Shown: one piece after another, positions 17,981 through 27,808 of the stretch | Layout of the letters: every line of letters starts with the position of its first letter | Numbering within the stretch: position 1 is the stretch's first letter | Source: Clostridia bacterium | GTDB taxonomy: Bacteria; Bacillota; Clostridia; RGIG6154 | Direction: 5' to 3' | Length of the DNA stretch: 64,000 bases | Assembly: GCA_045589295.1 (NCBI GenBank) | Contig: JAZNOU010000002.1 | Coordinates: forward strand, 1-64,000 | Notes under the pieces: generated by a model | What the model was told of the DNA's origin: nothing | What the model saw: only the letters and a program-made list of their open reading frames with translations | Database searches by the model: none | Translations under genes and position numbers: made by a program

Positions 17981-18721
17981 TTAAAATCTGTTTTTGATTT
18001 CATCTAGTTTTTCTAAAAACTTTTCTGCAGAATGTTCACCGCTCTTATATTTTGCTCTGCATTTAGTTAATACAAGAATGTTAAAATTCAACTTTTCTAA
18101 CATCTCTGCATCCATTGTCCTGCGTCTCTTGTATTGCAGAGACTGATAAATTTTTTCATATAATACTAAGTTTTCATCTGCTTTTATATTTGAAGCGTAT
18201 GTTTTTTTGGAGCCGGTCCATTTGCAGGTCTTACCCTCTGAATTTACACGATCGCAATAATCAGCACCAGAGTATGCCGATGCAAAATACCTAAGGCAAT
18301 TTTTACACCTTGATATATGCATATTCTGTTCAGCTGCATAAAGCATCTCAAGGAATATTAAATCCTCTAAAGAATCTGTTGTATATATATCTGCAATTTC
18401 AGCCATCATTCTTTTCTTTGCAGGCGGAAGGACAGTTCTTCTGATAACATATGTATCCGTTTCAGAACCATATTTCTCTACCATTTCAGCATAAGCAGAT
18501 ATTTTTGTTGCCTGAACTTTTGATTTAAAGCAATGTCCTAAAATAATATTAGCAAGATCCGTAAGACTTTCATCAGGCTTATCTATCAACCCAAGAGAAA
18601 TAAAACTATCCCACTCTCCTGCGGCAATTTTACAAGTGAAATTGCCGAGGATTTCATCTATTAATGAATTCCCAATTGACAACGAAACAAACCTTTTTTT
18701 GAAAATAATATTAAAGCTCAT
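17981..18721 (-). CDS. DUF6076-like zinc-finger protein (putative regulator)
   Basis: RCKNCLRYF...YCDR...TCK C-terminal Cys motif. Confidence 0.7.
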   Translation of the reverse strand: MSFNIIFKKRFVSLSIGNSLIDEILGNFTCKIAAGEWDSFISLGLIDKPDESLTDLANIILGHCFKSKVQATKISAYAEMVEKYGSETDTYVIRRTVLPPAKKRMMAEIADIYTTDSLEDLIFLEMLYAAEQNMHISRCKNCLRYFASAYSGADYCDRVNSEGKTCKWTGSKKTYASNIKADENLVLYEKIYQSLQYKRRRTMDAEMLEKLNFNILVLTKCRAKYKSGEHSAEKFLEKLDEIKNRF

Positions 18722-18772
18722 AGTATTTCCTTTCTCAAATCCAACTGATTAAATATTTTTATTTTTAATCGC

Positions 18773-18879
18773 TTGACAAAATATTTAAACTATGTTAGAA
18801 TAAAGTTGTTCAAGAGATTACATTTGTTTTTGTTTGCTGACTTTAATTAAATTATACAGACAAAACAAAGTAATGTCAA
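18773..18879. promoter_or_regulatory. face-to-face promoter pair with an intervening inverted repeat
   Basis: plus TTGACA(18773)-17-TAGAAT; minus TTGACA(18879)-17-TATAAT. Confidence 0.8.
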
Positions 18880-19215
18880 GAAAAACTTTTCAAACGAGAA
18901 TAAACTCTCGCAAGATAAAGTGAAAGATGAATTGAACCTTGAAAATTTAATAGCTTGCACGGTGAGTTATACAACACAGCGAGCGCCAAGACTCCTCTTT
19001 CGAGGACGAGCGATTTAACTGTTTGAAAATACGAGGTCATGGTCGAGCAGGATCGGGGCTTAGGAAATGTAACCAGAGGCAAGTGTAGCATCAAGATAAT
19101 ACACGATTATTGCCTATATTATTTTAAAGGCGGTCAAAAATCTATAGAAAGGAGATTCATTAAGGCAATAAAAAGTATTTAATATTTATTCATTTAACCG
19201 AAGGGAGATTTTTAC

Positions 19216-19488
19216 ATGAAAAATAAAGAAATACCATTAGGCTTTAATGAAGACTTTGCTATAGATATAGACGGAGCGTATAATCCCGAACTTGCCACAT
19301 CGGTTAGACGGAGATATTCATATAGTATCACCGATAACGTAATGGTAAAAACAAGGAAAACTCATGTTGGTAATATGAATTATATTGTAAATTCAATTTT
19401 CGATATAAACTCAAAGAAAAAGGTTGAGGACCATATACGAAGACTGATAACAATAGATATTCAGGATAATATAGACAAAGTATCCTAA
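19216..19488 (+). CDS. TnpW-like transposon-encoded protein
   Basis: KTHVGNMNYIVNSIF...KVEDHIRRLI; located directly before the recombinase. Confidence 0.7.
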   Translation: MKNKEIPLGFNEDFAIDIDGAYNPELATSVRRRYSYSITDNVMVKTRKTHVGNMNYIVNSIFDINSKKKVEDHIRRLITIDIQDNIDKVS

Positions 19489-19586
19489 AAGTCTGGACTT
19501 TTCAATCGGTTTAGAGTATTGTGGTGTTGTGAAATATCTACTCACAATACTCTCAATCGGTTTGACTTTGAAGGAGGGAAAGAATA

Positions 19587-21218
19587 ATGTCAAACCAAGA
19601 TTATGATTTAACACTATTATATTGCAGATTATCACGAGAGGATGCGCTTGAAGGTGAAAGCAACAGTATAGAAAATCAGAAAAAGATTATCTTGAAAGTT
19701 GCTCAAGACAATAACTTTGAAAATTTAGTGTTCCTGCAAGACGATGGTTACTCTGGCACAAACTTTGACCGGCCGGATTTCCAGAAAGGGTTGAAGTTGA
19801 TGGAAGAAGGTCGAGTTAAGAACTTTATTACAAAGGATTTGTCAAGACTTGGCAGAAACTATCTAGAGGTAGGAATGTACACAGATGTCATTTTCCCGAA
19901 GTATAATGTTCGCTATATTGCTGTTCAAGACAATTACGATTCAAACAATGTCGAAAGCAATGACCTTGCACCATTTGTGAATCTGTTTAACGAATGGTAT
20001 CCCAAGGAAACATCAAAGAAGGTTCGTGCTGTTTTCAAGTTCAAAGCGGAACGTGGAGAACGAGTAAGCTCACAAGTGCCTTATGGCTACGCAAGAGATG
20101 AAAGCACACCCATTGGTTCCAAGAAATCAATTAAACTTGTAATTGATGAAGAAGCTGCAAAGGTTGTAAGAGAAATCTATAGATTATGTGCAAGCGGATT
20201 GGGACCTACATATATTGCCAATATTCTCAAAGAGAGAAAAATCCTCAAACCATCAATGTACGGCTATGAGAAAACCGGAAAGTACGGCGCGTCTACAGAT
20301 GTAACGGAACCTTACGCTTGGAACGATAGAACAGTAGCAGGAATTCTTGATAATGAGGTATATATTGGAAATACAATAAATCTTAAGGGCACTACAATTT
20401 CGTACAAGAACAAGCAGAGAATACAAAGGCCTGAAGAAGAATGGATTCGTGTCGAGGGCACTCACGAAGCAATCATAGATATGGATACTTGGAAAGTCGT
20501 CCGAAGGGTTCGTGAAGGCAAGCGAAGAAGAGATTCCATGGACGAGATTAACAAATATGTTGGACTTTTGTATTGTGCAGACTGCGGTAATAAGTTATAT
20601 TTCGTCAGAGGTAAAACTCTAAGCCCGGATGCATTTCACTTCATTTGCAGCAGATATAGAAAACACAGAGGCGAAGAACAATGCACACCTCATTCTATAA
20701 GGGAAGCTGTTCTGGACGAAATCATCCTTGAAGAAATCAGGAGAATTACCTACTTTGCCAGAACAAAGACGAAGGAATTTGCTGAGTTTATAAACCAAAA
20801 AACCTCTGCAGAAAGCCGAAAAGAATTATCGGCAAAATCAGCAGAGTTTGGCAGATTAACAAAGCGAGAAGGAGAATTAGAGTCTTTATTCAAGCGTGTG
20901 TATGAAGACTATGTTTCGGAGAAGATAACAGAGAAGCAGTTTCAGATGTTGTCAGAGAGTTATACGGCGGAGCAAAAGGAACTTCAAATTCGCATTCCTG
21001 CGTTGGGAAGTGAAATTGACACCTTGAAATCTGCAACCACAAACACAGAGAAGTTTGTATCCTTGGCAAAGAAATATGTGCACATCAAGGAACTGACTCC
21101 TGAAATATTACTGACCTTCGTATCCAAGATTGTTATACACGAACGAAGTGAAAAAAGGTCTAAAAGTGCTACTCAGCGAATAGACATATACTTCACTCAC
21201 ATAGGACAAGCCTGTTAA
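19587..21218 (+). CDS. large serine recombinase (TnpX/TndX-like: resolvase, recombinase, Zn ribbon, DUF4368)
   Basis: YCRLSRED, SNSIENQ, DDGYSG..FDRP, KDLSRLGR, CADCG, QRIDIYF. Confidence 0.95.
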   Translation: MSNQDYDLTLLYCRLSREDALEGESNSIENQKKIILKVAQDNNFENLVFLQDDGYSGTNFDRPDFQKGLKLMEEGRVKNFITKDLSRLGRNYLEVGMYTDVIFPKYNVRYIAVQDNYDSNNVESNDLAPFVNLFNEWYPKETSKKVRAVFKFKAERGERVSSQVPYGYARDESTPIGSKKSIKLVIDEEAAKVVREIYRLCASGLGPTYIANILKERKILKPSMYGYEKTGKYGASTDVTEPYAWNDRTVAGILDNEVYIGNTINLKGTTISYKNKQRIQRPEEEWIRVEGTHEAIIDMDTWKVVRRVREGKRRRDSMDEINKYVGLLYCADCGNKLYFVRGKTLSPDAFHFICSRYRKHRGEEQCTPHSIREAVLDEIILEEIRRITYFARTKTKEFAEFINQKTSAESRKELSAKSAEFGRLTKREGELESLFKRVYEDYVSEKITEKQFQMLSESYTAEQKELQIRIPALGSEIDTLKSATTNTEKFVSLAKKYVHIKELTPEILLTFVSKIVIHERSEKRSKSATQRIDIYFTHIGQAC

Positions 21219-21234
21219 TTATAGGCAAAGGAAA

Positions 21235-21261
21235 AGGGTGAACAGCATAAACTGTTCACCC
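21235..21261 (+). terminator. hairpin after the recombinase
   Basis: GGGTGAACAG-CATAAA-CTGTTCACCC. Confidence 0.6.
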
Positions 21262-21505
21262 AACTTCCGCACCTGTTAGAATGTTTCACTAAACATCCCT
21301 TAGAGAAACACCCAATGGTCTTCTTTTTTTGCGCTCATTTTATAAAATAGCAACCTTTGCCACAGAGCCTAAAATGTCGCAGCGTTTAAATATAAACGCA
21401 CAGGGGGGACTACTCTCTACACACTGACGTTTTTTTCTTTGAGTAAAGCATTTGGGCAAAAAAGATAACCGCAACTATTGTTGCGGTTATCTTTTAAATT
21501 TAAAC

Positions 21506-24196
21506 TTATTTCGATACAACCAAAATCAACTTTGCAGCATTGTTTCTAATGAATGCAAATACCTGTGAAGCACCTGAACGGGAGCTTTCATAGCCTGCGA
21601 TTGCATCAATTGTGCTTGTTGTAAGTCTTGCAGTTGAACTTTCTGAAACTGCAGTGTCAAGAATATAGAATTTTGTGTTTGTTGAAACTGTAATAGTTTT
21701 TGCATCTGCACTGTTAAGACTTCCGTCAGCGGCAACGTCATAAGGTGTGATGACAATCAATGAATCATCACGTGCGTAAACTGTGCCAAAAACAGATTCT
21801 CTTGAGTTAACAGAATCAGCAACCTTAACAAATCTGTTTGCTTTACCTTCGGCAAGCAAATTGTCAATATCAAATTCGGGAGCAACTTCTTTGATATAAC
21901 CCTTAGAGTTCAGAGCTATTCTTAGAACATCACCTTTGCCGTAACCTGAGATGATGCTTGGGTCATCACAAGTATAAGTCTTAGTCGCACCATCAACGAT
22001 TGCCGTAACAGTAGTAACAGGCGTGCCGGTTGAGCTGTCAACAGTTGCTCTGATTGATTCGATAAGGCCAACTGCAACAGATGGATCGTTAATTCCAATA
22101 AGACCTGAATCACCATAAACAACTACGATATTTGGAACACCTGTTGTTGATGAATCATAAGCTTCAAAACTATATTTTGCCTGATTTTTAAGTTTTGAAT
22201 ATGTTCCTGTTGAATAGCTTGAGCTATCGCTTCTGTTGGTAGGAATAAACAATATCTTTGTTGATGTTGAAAGTGTAACACCAGAACCTAACTGCTTGCT
22301 GCTTGAAGTGTAAGTAATATCAGTCTGGTATGCTTTTGAAAGAACAAGAGATTTGTCAACATCACCCGAAGTTTTAATTGTAAAGATATTATCAATCTTT
22401 CCTGCTGAGTTTGTTGTGTATTCAATAAGTTGAGCAATTTGTGTATTTGTTGCACCAGCATCCTTGTTTGTAGCAGAATTTGCGGCAATAAGCGCATCTA
22501 GAACAGTGTCATAGCTATATGCGGTGCCGTTAATTTTAACTTTGCTAATACCCTGGAGAATAACTGTTTTATTGTCAGTTGTAAAGATTTTAAACTGAGG
22601 ATATTCGTTTTTTTCAAGGGCATCTGCAGCTATTAAGTAACCATACTTTGTGGTAGCAGCAACACTTGTTACAGAAGCTGCAAGAATTTTATTGCTTTTA
22701 TCCAGATAGAATGTAACTTTGTCACCTATTGTTATAGCTTCTGAAGGCATCTTTGTGAGATATGTACGGTAGGCATTTGAATATTCATAAGCTTTTCCTC
22801 CAACAATAACCAAACCGTCACTATGGTTCATTGATGTAACTGCACCTGAAGCGGTGTTTGTCACTATTTCAACGTTGTATGATTGTTTTCCTGCAGGAGA
22901 CATACTTCCTGAAACCAAAAGAACATCACCTTTTTTGATTTGTGAAAAATCAACTGTAGAGCCTGCTTTTGTTATATTAACATCAATCTGGTTTGTTGCT
23001 TGATTAAGATTGAGAGACTGAGACTGATCGTATGCGTTGTAAACAATTTTTTTAGCAGTGTCAACAGCAGAAACAACGTAAACTTCAGTTGAGTCGATGA
23101 TAACAACATCATACAATCCGTTTCCGTTGTTGTCAATAAGAGTAATTGAACCTGAATCAGGTTTTAAACTTTGTGTGATGGAAGCAACGTACTTTCCATT
23201 ATAAATACCGCTTACATTGCCTGTTTCGAAATTATAAGTTTCAAAATTATTTGTGTTATCAGGGTCAGGGTAATATTCAAGCTTGTCTGTGTAAAGCTCT
23301 TTTATGCGATCAGCTTCAACGGTAACCTGTGAGTTTTGCGATGAAAGTCTTGCAGAAACAAGAATATTGTTTACACCATCGTTTTTGTAGTAGTAGTTAA
23401 TCTGCTTACCAAAATAATCTTTAGCAGATGTGGTGCCTACCTTCAATTTTTTGGTGTAATCAATCTGAATCTCATCTTCTTCAATGCCTGTTGCGCTTGA
23501 TTTTAAAGCTTTTCCATATACACCTGTAACAATGCCTTTGCCTTCAGTGTATCTAAGCTTTTCAGAAAGAAGAGTGCGATTACTTGCGATACCATCTTCT
23601 GAAGCAAGCGGAGTTTCCAATGAGTTTGCAATAAGCTGAGCAATTACCTCACGGCTTGCAGGCTCGCTATGTGCAGTTTCAGCATTGTTTAAAATGCCAA
23701 AACCTCTTGCAACTGTTAAGTAGCCTGTAGGCCATCCGCCTTGTTCGAGCGCTGAAGCTTCGTAACCTAAAGTACAAACAATCATTTTAACTGCTTGTTC
23801 GTATGTAACTTTTTCTTTTGGTCTGAATGTTCCGTCCTCAAAACCTTTGATGATGCCGAGGTCATAAGCAATTTTTGTTGCTTTTATACTCCAGTCAGCG
23901 CAGGTTGAAGCGTTAACATCAGGGAATGGATATTCCGTAACTGATACATTAAGAGCGCCTAATCCCAACACACGTGTCATAATAACACTGAATTCTTCAC
24001 GGCTGATATTAGCCTGCGGTCTGAATGTGTCAGCACCGGCATCGCCTAAAATAATACCAAAATCGTTTAAAGTGTAGATTGCGTTTTTGTACTTGCTGCT
24101 TTCGGCAACATCGCTGAAAGTGGTGGTAGCAGCCATAACAGGGACGTAAGCCAGCACCAAGCTGAGGACAAGCACCATACAAATTAATTTTTTCAT
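21506..24196 (-). CDS. S-layer homology (SLH) domain surface protein
   Basis: signal peptide; FSDV, FRPQANISREE, GFEDGTFRPKEKVTYEQA. Confidence 0.9.
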   Translation of the reverse strand: MKKLICMVLVLSLVLAYVPVMAATTTFSDVAESSKYKNAIYTLNDFGIILGDAGADTFRPQANISREEFSVIMTRVLGLGALNVSVTEYPFPDVNASTCADWSIKATKIAYDLGIIKGFEDGTFRPKEKVTYEQAVKMIVCTLGYEASALEQGGWPTGYLTVARGFGILNNAETAHSEPASREVIAQLIANSLETPLASEDGIASNRTLLSEKLRYTEGKGIVTGVYGKALKSSATGIEEDEIQIDYTKKLKVGTTSAKDYFGKQINYYYKNDGVNNILVSARLSSQNSQVTVEADRIKELYTDKLEYYPDPDNTNNFETYNFETGNVSGIYNGKYVASITQSLKPDSGSITLIDNNGNGLYDVVIIDSTEVYVVSAVDTAKKIVYNAYDQSQSLNLNQATNQIDVNITKAGSTVDFSQIKKGDVLLVSGSMSPAGKQSYNVEIVTNTASGAVTSMNHSDGLVIVGGKAYEYSNAYRTYLTKMPSEAITIGDKVTFYLDKSNKILAASVTSVAATTKYGYLIAADALEKNEYPQFKIFTTDNKTVILQGISKVKINGTAYSYDTVLDALIAANSATNKDAGATNTQIAQLIEYTTNSAGKIDNIFTIKTSGDVDKSLVLSKAYQTDITYTSSSKQLGSGVTLSTSTKILFIPTNRSDSSSYSTGTYSKLKNQAKYSFEAYDSSTTGVPNIVVVYGDSGLIGINDPSVAVGLIESIRATVDSSTGTPVTTVTAIVDGATKTYTCDDPSIISGYGKGDVLRIALNSKGYIKEVAPEFDIDNLLAEGKANRFVKVADSVNSRESVFGTVYARDDSLIVITPYDVAADGSLNSADAKTITVSTNTKFYILDTAVSESSTARLTTSTIDAIAGYESSRSGASQVFAFIRNNAAKLILVVSK

Positions 24197-24399
24197 AATT
24201 TCATCCTTTCTTATTATGTAGTGAAATTTTTGTGTGCTACTTACAGTTTATCAAATAAATCGCGATATGTCAACAAAAATTAAAGTTTTTTGCTAGGAGA
24301 AATTTAGGGTTTTAAGCATTTTCAATCATAATAAAATCGTTGATTTGTAAATATATTTGTGATATACTATCAGTAAACAAAATTTTATGGGAGAGTCAT

Positions 24400-25770
24400 A
24401 TGACATATAAAGAATATTTTGGTGGACTAACAGGCAAAAAAGTTTGTGTTATTGGTGCGGGTGTGAGTAATACTCCGCTTATTAAAATGCTTATAAATAA
24501 TGGAAGTATAGTTACTGTCTGCGATAAAAAGAATGACCTTGGGGAACTTGGCAAAGAACTTAAAAGCCTTGGGGCAAAGTTGATTTTAGGGGAAAGCTAT
24601 TTGGAAAATATTGATGCTGATGTAGTTTTCAGAAGCCCAGGAATAAGACCCGACCTTGTTCAGTTTGAGAAGGCAAAAGAGATGGGTACGGTTATCACAT
24701 CAGAAATGGAAGCATTTTTTGAGGTTTGTCCCTGCAAAATTATTGCAGTAACGGGAAGTGACGGCAAAACAACCACAACAACCCTTATTTCAGAACTTTT
24801 GAAAGAAGAAGGCTTTAATGTTCATATCGGAGGAAATATCGGCAAACCGTTACTTCCAGAAATAGAAAATATAAAACAAGACGATATTGCAGTTTTAGAA
24901 CTTTCAAGTTTTCAACTTTTTACAATAAGAAAAAGTCCGTCAGTTGCGGTTATTACAAATCTTGAGCCAAACCACCTCAACTGGCATAAGGATTACAAAG
25001 AATATATTGATGCCAAAAAGAATATTATGCTCTTCCAAGGGGAAAATGATATTTTAGTAACAAATGCAAATAATAAGGACTCAGTAGATGTAGAAAAAGA
25101 GGCGAAAGGAATTTCAAGAACTTTTTCACGAAAGGTTAATTGTCTTTGTTGCTTAGAGGGAGAAAATATCGTTTACGGCGGTGAAAAAATTCTTAATATA
25201 AATGACATAAAACTTCCCGGACTTCACAACGTTGAAAATTATATGACTGCAATCTGTGCGGTGTATGATTTTGTAAGTAAAAAAACAATTGAAAAAGTAG
25301 CAAAAACTTTTGAGGGTGTTAAACACAGAATTGAGTTTGTAAGAGAGGTTGACGGGGCTAAATTTTATAACGATTCCATCGCGTCAAGTCCGTCAAGGGC
25401 TATTGCAGGGCTTAATTCATTTAATCAGAAGATTATAATGATTGCGGGCGGTCAGGATAAAAAAGTTCCGTATGATATTCTTGGTCCTGTTATTTGCAAA
25501 AGTGTAAAAACACTTGTGTTGCTTGGCAATGGAGCGTTAGATGCAGCAGCACCGCAGATAAGAAAAGCAGTTGAAAACTGTGAGGAATTCACAAATTGTG
25601 GAATAGAAATAAAGGAGACAACTTCATTGAAAGATGCTGTGCTTATGGCTAAAGAAAGTGCAAAATCGGGAGATGTGGTAATGCTTTGCCCTGCGGCAAC
25701 AAGCTTTGATATGTTCAAAAATTTTGAAGAGCGCGGAAATTTATTTAAGGATTTGGTGAATAAACTTTGA
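24400..25770 (+). CDS. murD: UDP-N-acetylmuramoyl-L-alanine--D-glutamate ligase
   Basis: TGSDGKTTTT, GGNIG, ELSSFQL, HRIE, NDS, PAATSFDMFKNFEERG. Confidence 0.96.
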   Translation: MTYKEYFGGLTGKKVCVIGAGVSNTPLIKMLINNGSIVTVCDKKNDLGELGKELKSLGAKLILGESYLENIDADVVFRSPGIRPDLVQFEKAKEMGTVITSEMEAFFEVCPCKIIAVTGSDGKTTTTTLISELLKEEGFNVHIGGNIGKPLLPEIENIKQDDIAVLELSSFQLFTIRKSPSVAVITNLEPNHLNWHKDYKEYIDAKKNIMLFQGENDILVTNANNKDSVDVEKEAKGISRTFSRKVNCLCCLEGENIVYGGEKILNINDIKLPGLHNVENYMTAICAVYDFVSKKTIEKVAKTFEGVKHRIEFVREVDGAKFYNDSIASSPSRAIAGLNSFNQKIIMIAGGQDKKVPYDILGPVICKSVKTLVLLGNGALDAAAPQIRKAVENCEEFTNCGIEIKETTSLKDAVLMAKESAKSGDVVMLCPAATSFDMFKNFEERGNLFKDLVNKL

Positions 25771-26810
25771 ATTACAATCTTGTAAAAGAGCTTTGCCTGT
25801 GCTATGGTGCATCAGGGAGAGAAAAAAATGTCAAACAGCTTATTGAAGAAAAAATATCTCCGTTTTGTAAAAGTATTGAAACTGATGCTTTTGGTAATTT
25901 GTTTTGCAAAAAGACCGATGATGGTAATCTTTTAAATGTTGTGATTGATGCCCATACAGACACGATTGGTTTGGTGGTTAAAGAAGTTCTTGATGGCGGA
26001 TTTTTGAAATTTTCTACTCTTGGAGGAATTGATGCCAGGGTTTTGCCGGGTGCAGAAGTTATAATTCATTCAAAACAAGATATTTTGGGTGTTATAACAT
26101 CAGTACCTCCGCATTTAATGAGTGAAGAGGACAAGAAAAAACCACCAAAGATAAAAGATATGTTTATTGATACCGGTCTTGACAATGCTAAAGAGATAGT
26201 GTCAGTAGGTGATATTGTAACATACAAACAAAGACTGGATAAAATTGCGGAAAGTATAATGGGGACGTACTTGGATGACAGGGCTTGTGTAGGCGCCGTG
26301 ATTGAAGTTTTTGAAAAATTAAAGGATGTAAAGCTTCCGTTTAACCTTATTGCGTCGTTTTCCGTTCAGGAGGAGATTGGGCTTTTGGGGGCAAAAGCTC
26401 AAAAGTTAAATCCGGATGTGTTAATTGCTTTAGATGTTACTCACGGAAAAACTCCGGATGAAAAAAGTGATTTGGTATTCGAGTGCGGAAATGGCAGTGC
26501 AGTGGGGTTTGGCCCGAGCCTTGACAAAAATCTTTATGAATTTATTACAGGTTGTGCAAAAAAACACAACATTTTATATCAGACAGAAATTATTGAAGCA
26601 AATTCGGGTACAAATGCGTGGGGATATCAGATTTCACAAAAACCTGCAGTATGTGCAGTTTTGTCGCTTCCTATAAAATTTATGCACACACCTGTTGAAA
26701 CAGCATCTGTTAAAGATTATGATAATTTAGTTGACCTTACAGCAGAGGTTTTAAAAGGATTAACAAAAGAAAAACTTTTAAGTATGGTAGAAGATAAAAT
26801 CCTGAGGTGA
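25767..26810 (+). CDS. M42 family aminopeptidase (TET-like), paralog 1
   Basis: DAHTD, LDDRA, VQEEIG, LDVT, FMHT. Confidence 0.9.
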   Translation: MNYNLVKELCLCYGASGREKNVKQLIEEKISPFCKSIETDAFGNLFCKKTDDGNLLNVVIDAHTDTIGLVVKEVLDGGFLKFSTLGGIDARVLPGAEVIIHSKQDILGVITSVPPHLMSEEDKKKPPKIKDMFIDTGLDNAKEIVSVGDIVTYKQRLDKIAESIMGTYLDDRACVGAVIEVFEKLKDVKLPFNLIASFSVQEEIGLLGAKAQKLNPDVLIALDVTHGKTPDEKSDLVFECGNGSAVGFGPSLDKNLYEFITGCAKKHNILYQTEIIEANSGTNAWGYQISQKPAVCAVLSLPIKFMHTPVETASVKDYDNLVDLTAEVLKGLTKEKLLSMVEDKILR

Positions 26811-27808
26811 AAGATTTGGAACTTTTAAAATGGCTTTCTGAAAGTCCCGGGGTATCGGGCGATGAAAATTTAATATCGGATTTTATTGCAGATAAGGTAT
26901 ATGGCTTATGTGATGAAATGTTTAAAGACAATATGGGTAATCTTTATTGCTTTAAAAAAGGCACAAGTGGTAAACATACAATTTTACTTGCTGCACACAT
27001 GGATGAGGTGGGACTTATAATTTCTTCTGTTACCGATGACGGATTTTTAAAATTCCGTATTGTTGGTGGCATTGATGAGTCTGTGCTTTTGGCAAAACGA
27101 GTGCGCATTGGTAAAAACAAGGTTTTGGGTGTGACAGGAATAAAGGCAGTGCACCTTTCATCAAAAGAAGAAATTGAGAAAAAGGTTTCTTACACAGATA
27201 TGTATATAGATATTGGTGTTAAAAACAAGGACGAGGCATTAAAGCTTGTTAATGTTGGCGACTATGCGGTGTTTGATACTGATTATGAAAAGATGGGCAG
27301 ACTTTTAAAAGGAAAAGCTTTGGATGACAGACTGGGCTGCAGAATTTTAATGACCCTAATGGAAAAATCACATAAATCAAATGTTTGGTTTTGCTTTACC
27401 GTTCAGGAAGAACTGGGACTTCGCGGTGCTGCGGTTATTTCAAGACGACTAAAGGCTGATAAAGCGGTTGTTATTGATTGTACCACTTGCATAGATTTTC
27501 CGGGTATTGATAAAGAAAAAACTTCAACAAAAATTGGCAAAGGTCCGGCGATTACGACAGTTGATGGCGCAACTTATCCAAATATTTCGCTAAGAAAAGA
27601 GTTGGAACAGTCAGCTGATAAGTTTCAGTATAAAAATGTTAACGCAGGCGGTAATGATGCGGGTGCAATTCATTTAAACAATATAAAAACTGCCGCGGTT
27701 TCCATACCGACAAGATATATACATTCACCTGTTTCTGCGGCAGACTGGTCAGATGCGGAAGAGTGTATAAAAATGTTTGATAATTTCTTAAATACGGAGG
27801 AGTTTTAA
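26807..27808 (+). CDS. M42 family aminopeptidase, paralog 2
   Basis: AHMDEVG, KALDDRLG, VQEELG, RYIHS. Confidence 0.92.
   Translation: MKDLELLKWLSESPGVSGDENLISDFIADKVYGLCDEMFKDNMGNLYCFKKGTSGKHTILLAAHMDEVGLIISSVTDDGFLKFRIVGGIDESVLLAKRVRIGKNKVLGVTGIKAVHLSSKEEIEKKVSYTDMYIDIGVKNKDEALKLVNVGDYAVFDTDYEKMGRLLKGKALDDRLGCRILMTLMEKSHKSNVWFCFTVQEELGLRGAAVISRRLKADKAVVIDCTTCIDFPGIDKEKTSTKIGKGPAITTVDGATYPNISLRKELEQSADKFQYKNVNAGGNDAGAIHLNNIKTAAVSIPTRYIHSPVSAADWSDAEECIKMFDNFLNTEEF

Larger units (their letters stand above)
1300..21310. mobile_element. integrative mobilizable element (RepA-MobC-relaxase ... TnpW-serine recombinase) with defence-like and NRPS cargo; ends approximate
   Basis: replication, mobilization and integration modules bracket AT-rich cargo; core genes resume at 21.5 kb; att sites not identified. 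Confidence 0.8.

Noticed and set aside
21219-21500. expected attR as a duplicated tRNA-Leu 3' end
   Set aside because: No such duplication is visible, and the element encodes a serine recombinase; the ends are left approximate.
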